Positions 1 to 13,667 are shown, counted from the first letter of the whole stretch. The stretch is 55,994 bases of DNA, filler included, from Sphacelaria rigidula (GCA_964200075.2; 6 parts of 6 records of this genome joined end to end with filler, not necessarily neighbours in it); one strand, 5' to 3'. Notes: generated by a model not told the origin, from the sequence alone. A program made the numbers and translations.

Positions 1-3000
1 TATATTGGTGGTATGCTCCTTGCACTCTGTGACCACGGGTTCGAGAGATCGAGCTAATGTGATGGATAAAATAATTTAATAATAAATAATAATATTTATA
101 CGTCAACTACGCCATATGGAGAGCTCCGGCGTTCGAAGGCAATCGTTGTGCGCCGGCCAGAGGATGCTGTCTTCGTATTCACGATCTTCCGCCGTGTGCG
201 TATGTTGGCCGTTGGCGTTGTGGTGGACGCAGATGGTCGAAGACTGTCATCGAAGATTTAAGGACGAGCTAGTGGAAGAACTCATCCAACTTTTGGAGAC
301 ACACGTGAGCGCTCCGAGTTGTGTGCCCGCCGCAAACGCCTCTTTACTTCCGTGGTGTACGCGTGTGCGCGACCCCATGTGTTCCCCGTGCTGCGTTGTG
401 TCCATTCTCTGGGGCTAGCGTCGAATTCGAAGTCTAAAGCTATAGAACCCATCCTACTCATTCTGCAGTATATGTTTTGTAGTGATGCTTTGTGCGGCCT
501 GGTACGTGGATTACCTCTTTGGGAATCACGTAGCGCTTGCGACAACTGGAGATGTCGCCTGGTCCATGCAGAAGGGGAAGGCTGTACGATGTAGTAAACG
601 AAGCGATCGCGTGATGTTGCATCCCCGACGAAAATACCCGGCTCTTTGTGGTCGTACACCATCGCAACCTGGATCTTCCCTCTCCCGTTGATTTTGGTCC
701 CAAATACAGCTTGGGATGTGTTGCACCCTGTGTCACTGCTCGCTGCGGAGTTTTCAGTCGCCAATTTTGTAGCAATGGAATCCTGATGGTGTACGATTAT
801 CTCCCTGTGTGCGTCCACACGCACCGGCTATTCGAGAAATGAGATTTCAACGAGTAATCCGGAAAATTAAATTGTGTCATGTAAAATACTGCTCATCATC
901 GCTCGAAAAGGTCGCGCACCAAAAAATCTCATCGTCGTCCGGTGGGTGCCCCGCACTGCTGCCCCTCGCTTCTGCCTTCGTCCAGCTTGGGAAGCGACCT
1001 GAGGAGGATACGTAGCCTGCACCCGGTGCAAGGAATATATAGTGAGAAGGTCCACCTTCTGTACTTGACGGAGAGTAAACTCTCTCCATTGATCACAATT
1101 TTGCTGTCGACGACCTTGGGGACCTTGGGAACTGCGGAGGTTTCCACGCAGCTCAAAGTGGCGTCGTTGGAAAGCTCCCGTCGAGCTCGGTATAAAGTCG
1201 GGATTTTCCGGAAGGAAGTGCAGGCCTAATCCTCTCAAGAGAAAGAAGAATGGAAACCTCGTTGCCGGGGAGGGTGTTCTATACCGTCACCTACGGTGTT
1301 TTTAAGTGTATAGTGTGTTGCCGTCGTCGCCTGGGGAAGAGTACATGCTGTGTTGCTGCGATGAAGGGGCATAGGGTACAACACTCGCTTGGCGTTGTTC
1401 TGATGAAATGAGAAATACTCCTCAACCGTTTCAGACCCGGAGCTTTTTGCAGGAAAATGAAGCCCATGCGAAGGTTGCTTAGTGGTGTTTGCTAAAAAAG
1501 ATGTCATCATGGAAAGTCTGCAAAACATAAAATGTGGCTCATCCGTACGCCGAAGAAGACTCCGGTCCCCGAAATCCGGGTAAACGTGTGGATATGGAGA
1601 TTTGAGCTACGAGGACCACAACCAATGTCCTTGTTTTCAAGGCTCCTCTAAGAGCCCGAATTACTTGTTTTCGGTGCGTCCATGCCACTCATTCATCCAT
1701 GGTGTACACAGGGTCAAGAGGGCATGCTTCTGAAGGGTGAATCTGCAAGCTTTTTTTTTTTGTAACACTTTTATATAACCCCTCCCCTTCCCCGGGACGA
1801 GTCCGTGGTCTCAGGGGATCAACCCATCTCTCCACCGGTAGTGCTTTTATATATGCATATGTGTGTAGTGAGGTTTCACCAGGATATAGTATCGAAGTGT
1901 GGTGTTCAGTGTCGTGCACAACAAAAAGCTTTTTTAATTTTGCCCTACGCTGACAGCTGGGATTGGATTGGCAAATAAATATTAATTTTTGGCTTGGAGT
2001 AAAAATGGATTTGTTGTCCATCCCAAACATTGTGCTCCCCTTAAGCACTGCAAGGCCACGAAATGATGTGTGCTTTTTTCAGCCAAAACCAAACCCGTGA
2101 GTGACTTCAGTGATTGATCGATTGTCGCACTTTAACTGACCCCCCAAGTAGCGTGGTGAACTCGCACTAAACTTGGGGTCAAAAGCGTTTCATTTTGTGC
2201 ATACCTGAAACTAAAACGTGAACATCCCATGAACAGTTCACTTGGCATGTTGTGCAGTGTTATTGCATCTCAACTTCAAAGGATCGTCATCATTTTTTGG
2301 CCGTGTGTTCACGTACTACTGAATCTTCTGCTTGTTTGCACTCGTATCAATCGTCCCTCTTTGCCGGCAGTTGCTGGTGGAGAGTTTCGTGTGTACTTAT
2401 TATGCAGAGTTTCGTATGTGCAATAAAAGAGTTTCGTGTGCTGTACAGTGGTGACAGAACAATGCTGCTACGGCAGGGGTGCACTTTTTGCCCAATATCT
2501 TGTCTGTTTCAGGGTCTCCTCACGATTCCAGATTCACAACAATATGGGTCAGGGCATCCCCGTTTGGAAGTTCATTTGGGATACCCTCACCACATCGCAA
2601 TAGTAATCCTGGAGCACTGTCACATATTTCACAAGTCGTGTTTTGGATTGATATAAAGGGCTCCTAGCAACTCCAAGCTCAGAAAGTATTTTTGCGCTCC
2701 TACCGTAGCATCACTCAACAATACATGGAAAATCCGAACACGCCAAGAAACAGGATGTTAGCCAACAACATGCGGTAATACATGGTCAACAACATGCGCA
2801 GTAGGTTTCGTGCTGATGACGCAAGATTTTTCGTTCCACTGACGACGACATGTGCAACGGCACTGTAGTGTACGCGCCACAATACTTTAAACGAGGAACC
2901 GCCATATATTGTGCTCTCTTTTGACATTTTCTACGACAGCCCCCCCCCCAAAAGTGCCTGGTTTGGGGAGGCAAATTCTTCACGTGAATCAAAATGGAAA

Positions 3001-3509
3001 AGGCCGAGCACAACGAGCAGCTGGGAATGCCCACGCTTGGGTGCGTTCTTGCCAATGTCGCCCATATGAAGCGCTTCATGCAGCTTGAACCCAAATATCA
3101 GGCGCTGTATGACCATTTTTTTCATGACACTTTTGAGCTGGTTTTGGGGGAGGGGGCTATCGTACAAATTGTCCCCCCCAAAAAAGAATCAATCCTCTAT
3201 TATAACAATCTTGAATTAATTGAAATCCGTTGATTGATTATATTGTTGTGTTAGTAACGTGGCACATGCCGAAAAAACACAAAAAAATGAAATCGAGTTC
3301 CATAACGGACTCAAATCTCGAGGTGCAAACCTGGACACATTCAACACTGCGTGCGAGAGCTGAAACGACAGAATGCGATACGAAAATGGAAGATGTGTAC
3401 CGAGCGAGGAATGTGCTGGTCCCTAGAGCCGACGAGCTCATCTCAGGGAAGGGGTGGGATTGAAAGCATGACGGGAGGGAAGGAAGTAGCTAGGGGGTGA
3501 ACAATGCAC

Positions 3510-3780
3510 GTACCTTGCCCGATAACTGCCCATTAAGGGTCGGACTCTTCCGACTTGTTCGGGAAAAAAGATAAACTTTCTCCCCTCCAAAAATGTACCA
3601 GCAGATTTCTCAACCAGGCCAAAGAATAGAACAATCTAAGCCTGACTACACAATACTCGGAAAAATAAGCGTCGGATATATATATATATATATATTCAAG
3701 CTTCAATTGTTTTTCCCGTTAAAGTCGAAAAAGTCTGAAAAAAAAGTCCCGTCAACCCTTTGACCGCGAGGGCAAGATAC
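3510..3780. mobile_element. Possible small MITE-like element
   Basis: GTACCTTGCCC (3510-3520) and GGGCAAGATAC (3770-3780) are inverted with one mismatch; subterminal AAGGGT/ACCCTT and CGACTT/AAGTCG are also inverted; AT-rich interior with a (TA)n run. Confidence 0.35.
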
Positions 3781-5163
3781 CTACTGAATCGGCATCAATT
3801 TTCACTTGAAAAAAGTATGCGTGGTCTAGACGGACTACCATACCCGCACCGCGGTCTAAGGACTAATAACGACCCTGCCCCACGGGGCGTTAGGAACGAG
3901 GATGACGCGCGGGTAGCCGCTGTGTGCAACAGGTCGGTCGGAGTCGAATTGCCGCAGCTACGTGCACAGAGAAGGTTCCCTCACCACCGGACCGGGAGAG
4001 ATGTTGGATCCCCTGAAACCACGAAGTCATCCCGGGGAAGGGGGGGGGGTTACAAGTGTGCCAAGCAACAAAATGAGCGCGTGTTCATTACTAAGCTGCA
4101 GCGTGGCGGGTTGGTTGTATTGCACTCAGAACAGTGCAGTACAATATTGCGGAACAGTGGTCATGGCACTTCAATTTTTGGAAAGCTTTGGGGGGGGAAA
4201 CGGTGACATATCTCCCCCCGGCCGAAAAAAGAACAAGAAACTGAGAAACGCTACGAAAGGGCCGCAATTACGTTCATGCTTGAAGGGGAACGGACAACCG
4301 AAGCTCAACGCCGCACAGGCCAGCCTCTCGATGCCTCTATTGGCGCTTGGATAGATGGTTGAAGGAGACGAAACGGTGTGCCGCATGAGCGTTATCTTCA
4401 TGCGGACCAAAGTTCCGGACGAATGAGACACACACGCGCTTCGCTTCTTCCGTCGTTGCGCCCGACGGCTTTGCTTGAAAAAGTTTTTTGCTGCATTCGA
4501 TGATATGGCGCGTTATTCTTTTGCCACGCGTGGAAAATGTCACGCGACCGGTCAGTAAATCCTTGGCTGAATACTCAATTATATACATCTCCGAATCTCA
4601 CCGCACACGCAAAACTTCACCGCTGCCTTTTTGCATATACTACACGCATGCCCACTGAGCTGTACACCTTGGCTCCGAATCTACAGAGTTCTGAGCGCAT
4701 CTATCGCGAAACCAACTGGGGGTAGCTGAGGCGGGAAAAGAAATCAGGATTTCTCCCGTTTACGTTGCAATTTTGACCTCAAGTTCACAAGCGTGTTCAA
4801 AGTCACAGTGTGGAACCCTATTTAGTTCGTCTGCCCTCTGTATTCGCGTGCCTTCGCGCGGTTGCTTCTGAAGCGCCTACATACGCCCAAGATACGCAAG
4901 GTATACCCTTTTCTGGTCGAAGCCGTCGCCCACACGCCGACATCTCCAAGACTCGCGCAAGGTATATACCCTTGCACGTTCCGTTGGTACCTTGGTTTTG
5001 TACTTTTTTACACGACCCGTCGCTCAAATGGCGATCAAATCTCAACATAGTTCCCGAGGTAACGACACGTATCCCCAAGAAACGAACTAACACCAGTCCC
5101 GAAAATATGCATGATATACCAAGGTAAACCCTTTTTTGTCTATCACCCTCTCGCATGTATCTC

Positions 5164-8100
5164 TCACACGAGCTGTCGCTGTGACTTTGGCCTCGCCCGC
5201 CTCCGACCGCGGCTATGCCCGATGTCTCCAGTAGTAAATCCCACACTAGAGGCAGGTGACCCCTCAGATTTTGCTTCCCGTCGACTTGTGTAACTCCCTA
5301 CACTGCCTACGCTGCGCGAACTCGCACCAAATTTAGAGCCAGGATCGACGCTACTATTGCGTGGGCCTTCGTGTGTGCCACTTCCTCGTCGATGGAACAG
5401 ACCGCGGCCGCTTGACGGGGTGCTTTTGGTCTCAGCGTTGTTCTCATGGTCGCCACCACCGACAGCGATAGAATCTCGTCTTGATCGTAACGAGGCGTTA
5501 TCATCACTGCTTGTTCCGTCAGCCTGGTTGCTGGCTGTGATGATGCTGCTTTTGATCGACGTTCGTCGAACAGAACGATCTCGAGAACCCGGCAAACGAC
5601 TGCTGCTGTCGCGGTCGTGGGTATCATGGTGACGGTGATGGCGATCATGCAACATGTGCTTCATACCGACGACGTGCTCATCGTGGGTATGGCTGTATTC
5701 AGCACCAACAGCAGCAGCAGCAGCAGCAGCCTGTCCTTGCTGCTCCACGTCTTGGACTCGTTCTGGAAAATGACTGTCTTCAAGATAATCTGTAGGATCT
5801 CGGAGACTCGCCTGAGTCTGCAGCGTAGACCGTAGCTTGTTTTCTTCATCGCTGTTTCGGTAGGGGCGGCGGAGACAGTGAGTGCCGTGCGGTGAGCAGC
5901 AATGCACAGGATTGCAGGAGCACTGCCGATGTGGGACAACCTCGAACAATGTCGTGTACATTGGCGACGTCTAAGCTTCCTCCGCGCGATACGCATGGAA
6001 GCTCCACCGCAACAAGCACTGCTCGTGCACATACGTACAAGTATGAAATCCACAGTGACACCGGTCATTCGAAAATAAAAATAAAAAACACCAGACGAAT
6101 TTTCCGAATCATCTGCAAAAAAACACAGCTCACCAAAACTGCGAAAGAAGTTCCGTCCTCGCCTGCGCCCACTGTCCCCTCTCCCTCCGCTCTAGCTCGA
6201 GACGCTGTCGAAGTGCTGTAAGCGCAAGTTGTCGCAGGGAATTTCGAGGAACATGACGACTCAGACGAGGCAGTGCTCTTTACGCATCTCAGGCACGCGC
6301 AGAGTGTTGTGTTTTTCCGTCGCATAGTGGCTGCTCCCCGTGTTCGATCCCCCCGCACGCTGCTGTGTTTCCCTCTCACAAGTCTCTCGAGTCTAACCCA
6401 ATTGCAACGCCAATAAGTAACAACAAGTACCCTTTCATCTCCCATAGCATGTATGCGATACCAAAGGATTGCAATGCGAAGGAAATACAGGCTTGACACC
6501 CCCAAATCAAGAGAATTTCAGCAGAAACACGACAGTATCGCGATCGTGTTTTCTAGAGCGATACTCAAAGGCAAGGTAGGACGGCGCTGAGGTTCAGCGC
6601 GATGCGTCCATGTCTGTCTGCCTCTGATTTTGAGTCCCAAGCGGTCGGTCTTCCCTTTTGAACGAAGATAGAAAATGGAGCAGGGTGTGGACAGGGAGCA
6701 ATCGTCTAGCCACCTTCCACAGTCCTATGGAGCAAAATTCAAAATTCACGTCTAAGCGACGCTCTCCTTAGTTGCTCCAGGAGAAAATACGGGTGTACAT
6801 TTTGTACGAGCAGCCACGTTTGTGTAGTTGTGCAGGGGAGTAGGATACAGGTTAACATCGTATTCCACAATAACGAACTGTTACCGTGCGCTATAATAGG
6901 AGTCACACTTATGCATTAGGACTTTTGGGGGCGGATCTTATGGGTTCAATTTTCCACGGCATGTAAGATTCATTTGAATTCTGGTTGCTGGCGTCCGCAA
7001 ACGTAAATTTGCACGACTACGACGACCATTAATCCGTTTTAGTTTCCATTTCTCTACCGGTTTTGCATTGCTCCACGCGCGACCGCGTAGATACGCCCCC
7101 CCCGAGACCTTTTGAAAATACATACGCGCGAGGACACGACCTTTCGGAAGGTCTCCAGCAACGATACCGTGCTACCGGTGGTTGACGTGTGCCGAATCAC
7201 TGGACCACCCTGAACGATCACTAGTTGAATCGTTGAGCTGATGGTCTCACATTAACGGATCCACTGTTATATCATCATCAGTATCCAGCCGTGATCACAG
7301 GACATACCTACTCGAGATGGATGAGCGTGAACAATATCGTGGTTATATTCGGGCTCGCCACTCCCTGCACCGTAGGTAGTGCTAGTGTATCGACTGCCTG
7401 CCCGAATCCACATGGAGGCGGTAAGCATTATACGCCACAATTCCGACAGGTAGGTGCTCAATAGGCGATAGTGCGCAATGCAAATTACCATGAAATTGTA
7501 ACGGCCTTGTGGGTGGTGTACTATACTCATGATCTCACGTGCCATCGTCATATGACCATCGACCTCGCTTCCCTACAAAGCCGGGACGAAGCACGCCGGT
7601 TTCTCGCCGGACCAGGCTCGCACTTAATCTTGTGAACATTTTTGAAGGTGTTCTGTGATGTTCATTTCAGTACGTGAAGAACACGCTCTTGACGTCCCCG
7701 AGGTTCGGGTCCTCGGCCCCCTGGGCGGCTTTCACAACGGGTTTTCTCCCAGCGTGATGCAGCTTTGACAGCTGACCCGCTGCCCACGAGAGAACAGTCT
7801 CGATCATAGGCAACCTGTGTGCGCTCCACACTACACTCAGGAACCTGAGATTCAAGAAACAGAGCAGAGCACGGTCCTGATGGAAGGTAGTCTTCCGTTG
7901 GACCATAGTGCTCCTCTGTGGCGTCATGATTGTGGAGACTACGAGTATTGGGTACAATATCTCGAAGTGGACATGGAGCGGTCAGTCTCACATCGAATGG
8001 TGTCGTCTTTGTCACTCAAGGCCTGGCGCACTTCCTTTTGCTGAGCCGCCAGCTCTCGCAGTTTCTTGACGTCCTCGCGGAAAGTGGCCATCTTCTCTCG

Positions 8101-8827
8101 CCAAGATAACGCGCACGTAGAAGGGACACGAGAAAAAGAATCCGCCATCGACACCAGCAGCGGAGTCATGATCCACAGCAATCAGCGTCACCAGTATTTT
8201 CAATATATTGACAACACTAAACAAGGCCTCTGCTTTCGTAAGTGAATTAAAATAAACGTAGAGCGCTGACATTCTTTCTGGCGTACCTACAGTCATCATC
8301 CAGAGCATTTCACATCGTTTGACGCTCGGACGCCGTGGCAAAATAACGTGCAATCCAACGATGTAGCCGAGCGCTGCACTCAGACGCACGGCAGTGGCAA
8401 CCTATTCCACATCTTTCGTATTTGGGTGCTTCCGCAGCGGCCGACGTTTCACCTTCGTCCAGCGCGTGATTCTCACTGCACAAGAAAAAAAATGCAAAAT
8501 TAGCCTCATTAACGTGTCTTGTATCTGATCATGTTCCATCACATATGCCAAACATACTGCTCCATCCACCTCTTCGCAACTCGCGAACTACCCCTGGTAA
8601 AGGGTCGCTCTCGATTAACGTCGGTAAATATGTATGACAATACACACCTCATCTCGGTGCTTGAGCAGCTGTCGACCCTTCTCCGCTGACTCCGCTCTCG
8701 CCTTCAGCACCTCTTCCTTGAGCTCATCCGCACGGCCGGCGATAGCCCTTAGCTTACTGGACGCAGCCGAATCCTCCTGTTTTCGCCGTTCGTGAATCTC
8801 CGACAGACTAGCACGCAGCTCCTCCAC
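5164..8827 (-). CDS. 3' part of a multi-exon gene for a coiled-coil protein with a low-complexity Ser/Arg/His-rich C-terminus; exons 8827-8648, ~8091-7992, 6215-6134, 5851-5164; 5' exons outside the segment
   Basis: All four exons have AG/GT borders and compatible phases (0, 1, 2). They splice to VEELRASLSEIHERRKQE...LLKHRDE|MATFREDVKKLRELAAQQKEVRQALSDKDDTIR|SLRQRLELERRERGQWAQARTELLSQF|CDEENKLRSTLQ...RQLV*, a charged heptad-like helix. The exon-2 acceptor could be at 8094 instead. Confidence 0.75.
7540..7629 (+). repeat. Interspersed repeat family R1, short copy
   Basis: TCCCTACAAAGCC...AGCACGCCGG.TT..CGCCGGACCAGGC is shared with 19120-19490 and with the reverse complement of 36980-37296. 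Confidence 0.75.
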
Positions 8828-9249
8828 CTTGGGGGTCGCAAAAATCCATGGATGTATAACAATCGGATGAATAGAACAGGTTACAACAGCTCGACTGAGT
8901 CTATCGGACGTGATCGATTGATACAACAGATTAGTTGGTTGATTTGATTTATAGTCGCACTTGAACGTACTTGCTACGAATACAGTCGTGGTCAGATGGA
9001 AGAGAGACGTATGAGAACCTATGCATGGCCAAATTAAAGCAAAAAAAAAGAAGTCAAACCAAAGCACGGATTCTGGTCCAAACTATGGCCGGCAGTATTG
9101 CGACGCGCCAGATCAACCAAGGCTGCCCCCCAAAAGGTTCCCATTTCTTGAAACTACAGTTTTTTTTTTTTTTTTTTTTATTTTGTTATTCTTTTGTTTT
9201 TTTTTCTTTTTTTTTTTCTTATACTTCCCTTAGCCAATAACCCGGAGTC

Positions 9250-9349
9250 NNNNNNNNNNNNNNNNNNNNNNNNNNNNNNNNNNNNNNNNNNNNTTAATTA
9301 ATTAANNNNNNNNNNNNNNNNNNNNNNNNNNNNNNNNNNNNNNNNNNNN
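9250..9349. other. Artificial 100-bp contig linker (N run, TTAATTAATTAA, N run)
   Basis: Identical linker at 9250, 18599, 27948, 37297 and 46646, a constant period of 9349 bp. Confidence 0.97.
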
Positions 9350-9414
9350 GAACCCCCCAACTCAACCATCAGAAGGTTACGAGGTTACCAACTAAGCCAC
9401 CGGGGCGACCGGCT
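9350..9414 (-). mobile_element. tRNA-derived SINE head, cut by the segment end
   Basis: Minus strand reads GCCGGTCGCCCCGGTGGCTTAGTTGGTAACCTCG...GGGTTC (A box and start of B box); same head as the copies ending at 11960 and 29798 and starting at 49060. Confidence 0.8.
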
Positions 9415-11305
9415 TACATGGTGCGCATAAAGTTTCCATACTAAAATCAATATATTACGAGCAGAGGCACTAGATGCCCTAAATCTGGATATCGAGTCTC
9501 AGTTGTTGAGAGTTGTGCTATGAAAAAAAAATGTTCGTATGGAGAACCGCCAGTGCATAAAAAAATGAAATGAAACAGCTTTATACATTTTTTTCGTCTT
9601 TTATGATTTTTTTTTTGTGTTTTTAGTGGACTTTCGAGGAGAGATGAACATTTCTCTTAGTCCTCATCTCGTTTAAGCCCAATTTTTAGAGCTGTGATTT
9701 GAAACTTAGCGTGGAGAACCACGAAGGTGGGCTGAATTAAAAAAAGTGGGCCTTCCTTTTTTTCTTTTTTCATAGAGGTTACGGCGTTCTCGTGAAGAAA
9801 TGGTCTTTACGATACTAGAACACTCTTAACCAGTGAAAAAAACAAAAAAACACCTGACCCACTGAGTCTTTTAATTATGCCCTAGCGAGGGCTCACACAA
9901 AATATCTATCCACGAAAAACAAACGTGGGCCGGTGGGTGGCCTGCGAAATACTGTTCCGAATTTTCACTGACCCGGTTCGAAAAGGCGAATGCGCCAGCC
10001 ATTATTTAGAGTTCGAGCGTAAAATTTGCTATGGACAATGCATAGGGCATAATTTGTTTTTTTACAGAAGCACCTGAAGTTTTTTTTTCGTGAGATAAGG
10101 CTACTTCTCATGTATCGAAAAACCTCCATCAGAAAACGCGCTTCCTGATAGAATTTTTTTCTGATAACAAAAAGCGTTTGAACCTCGTTTGAACACGTTT
10201 GAACACACATTACAGCCCACGACAGCACCTGCGATGGCTTGGCTGCCATCACTACTAATGCTGTCGCCGGTGCTCGCGGGCACTGAGCGTGTTGCATCAT
10301 TTTCCTTCGCTCGCCAGTAGCGTGGTGGCCCTTTACCCCACGAGAACAGCAGAGGGCAGGGTCGATGACGACTGCTGTACAGACAGGACAGTCTATGCTG
10401 TATGTCGCCCGTACAAAATTGTAGCTCAGTTCAGGTCTGTGCACGCAGTGTGTCGTCAACAACAGCCGTCGCAATGCTTTACAGACTGCCCCCGCACCCA
10501 AGCCTTATAGAGACAGGACCGGACTGACAGTACACACAAGACAATTAGATAGGTAGTGCTACTACTGCAGTACACCCGACGCATACAACAGTGGTGTCTA
10601 TACTGTACTGTTGTCTGTGCTGGCCGTACAACCGAGTACTACAGTGCAGCGAACTTGCAGCTCGCTTGAGATCTGTGCATGCAGCTTGTTGCGAACAGAC
10701 GTCGCTTTGCAGTACAGGTTACCTACGCACCCAAGCCTTGTAGATACAGGACCGTACTGACAGTACACGTAAGACTATGAACAGTACTACTGTTGTAGTA
10801 TTACAGCCGATGCATGCAATACAGCACTGTTGTGTGTACCGTTGTGTGTGGTGTCCTTTCAGTCAAGTACTACCGTGTAGTGAAAAAGCACAACCGTCAC
10901 TTCTACAGTCAGTTGGTACAGCAAGGCGGTGTTCTTTTTGATGGTCTTGCGTCACGCAGCCCACCATGAATTGCTCAGGCCATGTATCACAGTAGTACAG
11001 ATAGTCAGTACGGACCGTATACCACGACAGGGCAGCAGAGTGCTGCGTCTCTCTCGCGCCCCCCAGAATTTGAAATTATGCCTGCACACCTGATAAAAAA
11101 CGATGAATTCTGCGTTTTCAATGTTGATAGCGCGTCGATCACGTAAGAAGGGCTACTTTAAAAAATGATGTTGGAAAACTTGTTGTTGAAAAAGGGCTTT
11201 TCTGACAACGTGTTTTTTTGTACATAAGAAGTAGCCTAAGGGCAATAATCAGTTTTTAGGTATCAGTAAAATGCCCTTAACTCACGAAAAGAAAAACTTC
11301 AGGTG

Positions 11306-11960
11306 TGTGTGCGTTGTCATCCCATCTATTCTGGACGCACGTCTACACCTTTCGGTATATAACAATGTTTTCGTGAGATTGAGAGTAGAGCGCTAATTGA
11401 GAGTGGCTTTGATCATTCGCTCTAACTTCGTAAACTTTTCATCCCGTTTGTGCTTTTTTTCGCCTCCATCGTTGGCGTGTGCTTACAGCTAGCTACACGT
11501 CGATATCCTACTCAGGAATATTAAGGGCCTCAGTGGCAAGCTACTACAGAAAGCATATCGAGCCTCGTGGAGGGGCATCTCGGGACTGAAACGATTCATC
11601 AACTAATTGACCGCTTTTCACTCTCAATCGTATCCTCTACGCTCAGTCTCACCTAAACATCGTTATATGTGGGCGCACCAGCCGGGGTCACACAGGAGGA
11701 AGGTCAACACAGGACTTTTTTCTTTTTTGTTTTTAGTACTCCACCTTCCTTCTGCGGTGCTTGCTTTCCTTTTTTATCGCGAGAGGAGTTCAGCAATCCC
11801 TTTCCCTCGTCGACCGTTGAGTCGAATGTGTACCCACGACATAGTCGCTTTTCACTGTTGGGCACTGTGTGAAAAAAAATCCCAGATCGCTCCGAGATTT
11901 GAATCCACGACCCAACCGTCAGGTTTCGAGGTTACCAACTGAGCCACCGGGGCGACCGGC
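11306..11960 (-). mobile_element. tRNA-derived SINE (full length, CA-rich tail), interrupted by a MITE
   Basis: A box TGGCTCAGTTGG and B-box-like GGATTCAAATCTC on the minus strand; body matches 28382-28643 and 49060-49582; sits in the host TIR with GTG on both sides. Confidence 0.85.
11361..11664. mobile_element. MITE, 304 bp, ~30-bp TIRs, flanked by ATAT
   Basis: AACAATGTTTTCGTGAGATTGAGAGTAGAG ... CTCTACGCTCAGTCTCACCTAAACATCGTT; the empty site CGGTATATGTGGG is present in the SINE copy at 28441; second copy at 48732-49031. Confidence 0.88.
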
Positions 11961-13467
11961 GTGCTTCTGTAAAAAAACAAATTATGCCCCGTGCATTATC
12001 CATACCAAATTATACGCTCCAGCTCTAAATATTGGCCGGCGCATTCGCCTGCAAACTTCAAATCCGTCGCTAGGCTGGCCCAGCTCGTACTCGTACAGTG
12101 CAGAAGGATTTTTGCTTGGTCGTTGTGTTGGAATCAGCATTTCATGACCACGACAAGGTACAAGTCAGCGGAGTGGACCTGTCTCTGCAGGCTTGAAACG
12201 GTCGCTCTCTCACCACATGATTCCAGGTGCCAAAAAACTGGACAGTGGTCTCTTGGTGCGCCTTAGCCGCTGATGACAGCCACCCCTTGGAGCTTTGACG
12301 GTGGCGACCCTGCCGAGCGTACCGAGTGGATACCTCGCACGAGCGATATCTACGTCTGCGTCGGTGTTGCGTGGTCGTGATGTTGATCCCGACGAGCAGC
12401 CCGAGAAGGTATCCAAAGCAACCTCTGTTCCGAATCGAGGGTATTTCCCGCTGTGTACGTGAACAGCGTGCACTGATCGTGTGGAGCGCAGACTGGTGAT
12501 GGTGGTCATCACCACGAGTAGCTGCCGGCGTGATGGTACATACTGTCTACGAGTGTGTTTCATGTCTCACGCTAAAGCTTCCACGGACAGTGTTGCCAGC
12601 GTTTTAATTGCCCAGTTGAGCCGCATCCAGCTACCACGCGCCCATAAGGCGCGGTGCGGTATGATACACGACAACACGGACAGCTATAGTGGGTAAGCGC
12701 GCTGGAGAGAAATGGGCATGCTTTGAGTTGCACGGGACAGGCCAAAACGTCATGCAAACGTGTAAATGGCACCGATCTTCTCTCTTGTCAATCCCGACAG
12801 CAGGATGACAAGTAGATTCAGAACAACTAATTCAAGGGGGATGCGGCGTATGTACGATCCTGTGCTGTCCGTTACAATATAACAGCTTTTTACAGTAGAC
12901 AGTAGTTGCACAAAGAGCGGGTACTGACGTGCTGGTCGATCGAGGCAATGTTTTACAAGCTATTCGGTTACAAAGATCTATCACATATACAAGTGATCAT
13001 GACACAACAGGCATGGCGCGCGGGTCAGTGGACAAGCTTTGTATTCCGAAACGCGTCGTCCTGTTACTGACTGGTGTATTTGTATTTGGATGTTTTTGTC
13101 TCCATCTATAGAAGTGATACTACCGACGCTGGTAGCTGAAGGTTCGAAATAGCCACGTCGTGGCATCCTGAGTGCTATTGCATAGCTTCAACTCACTATG
13201 ATTGCTAAAAATACTCACAGTCACAGAGGTATCGACTGCACGGAGACTCGATACAGGTCCATGCATGTCCTCGTTCGTTGACGGAAAGTGCGGCGGGATT
13301 TCCACGATCACAGATCACAGAATTAAGAAATCCACTCACTCGAGGTAAGAAGTCATACTCCAGCGCACCACCGGGCGAGCTGTCGAATCCTTCTGTTCAG
13401 CGAATCTCCATTCACAAGAAAAGGAGAGAGAACTAGATAGAGTAGGAGGATCAATCGAAGACAACAG

Positions 13468-13667
13468 AGATGGACGTGCTCATAACGATATGGGCTGGCT
13501 GCAGCGTGGGGCTCTGGGCGCAGCTTATTGACCAAGAAACTAAGGGTGTCAGCTTGGAGGGCATTCTGGCGAAAATTGGCTCGACAGAGGCTTTTCAGCA
13601 GCAGCCGTTGCTGCTGCAGGCCAATGTCGCGATGGTGTCGCTCCTCTCCGCCCTTGTCGCGATCAAG
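13468..13667 (+). CDS. Possible isolated coding exon, unknown protein
   Basis: CAG acceptor at 13465-13467 and AAG|GTATAC donor bracket an open, protein-like frame (MDVLITIWAGCSVGLWAQLIDQETK...LSALVAIK); no partner exons identified. Confidence 0.25.

Larger units (their letters stand above)
9881..12074. mobile_element. Non-autonomous long-TIR (foldback-like) DNA element with internal direct repeats; right TIR interrupted by a SINE
   Basis: ~9984-10140 is the reverse complement of ~11195-11305 plus 11961-12049 once the SINE is removed. Outer CCTAGCGA (9881) and TCGCTAGG (12067-12074) are possible termini. An internal ~235-bp duplication repeats CGCACCCAAGCCTT.TAGA.ACAGGACCG.ACTGACAGTACAC near 10494 and 10726. 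Confidence 0.7.

Noticed and set aside
8400-8475. Extra exon of the coiled-coil gene
   Set aside because: The acceptor looks good, but the phase-0 reading begins with TGA and the flanking exons already join in frame.
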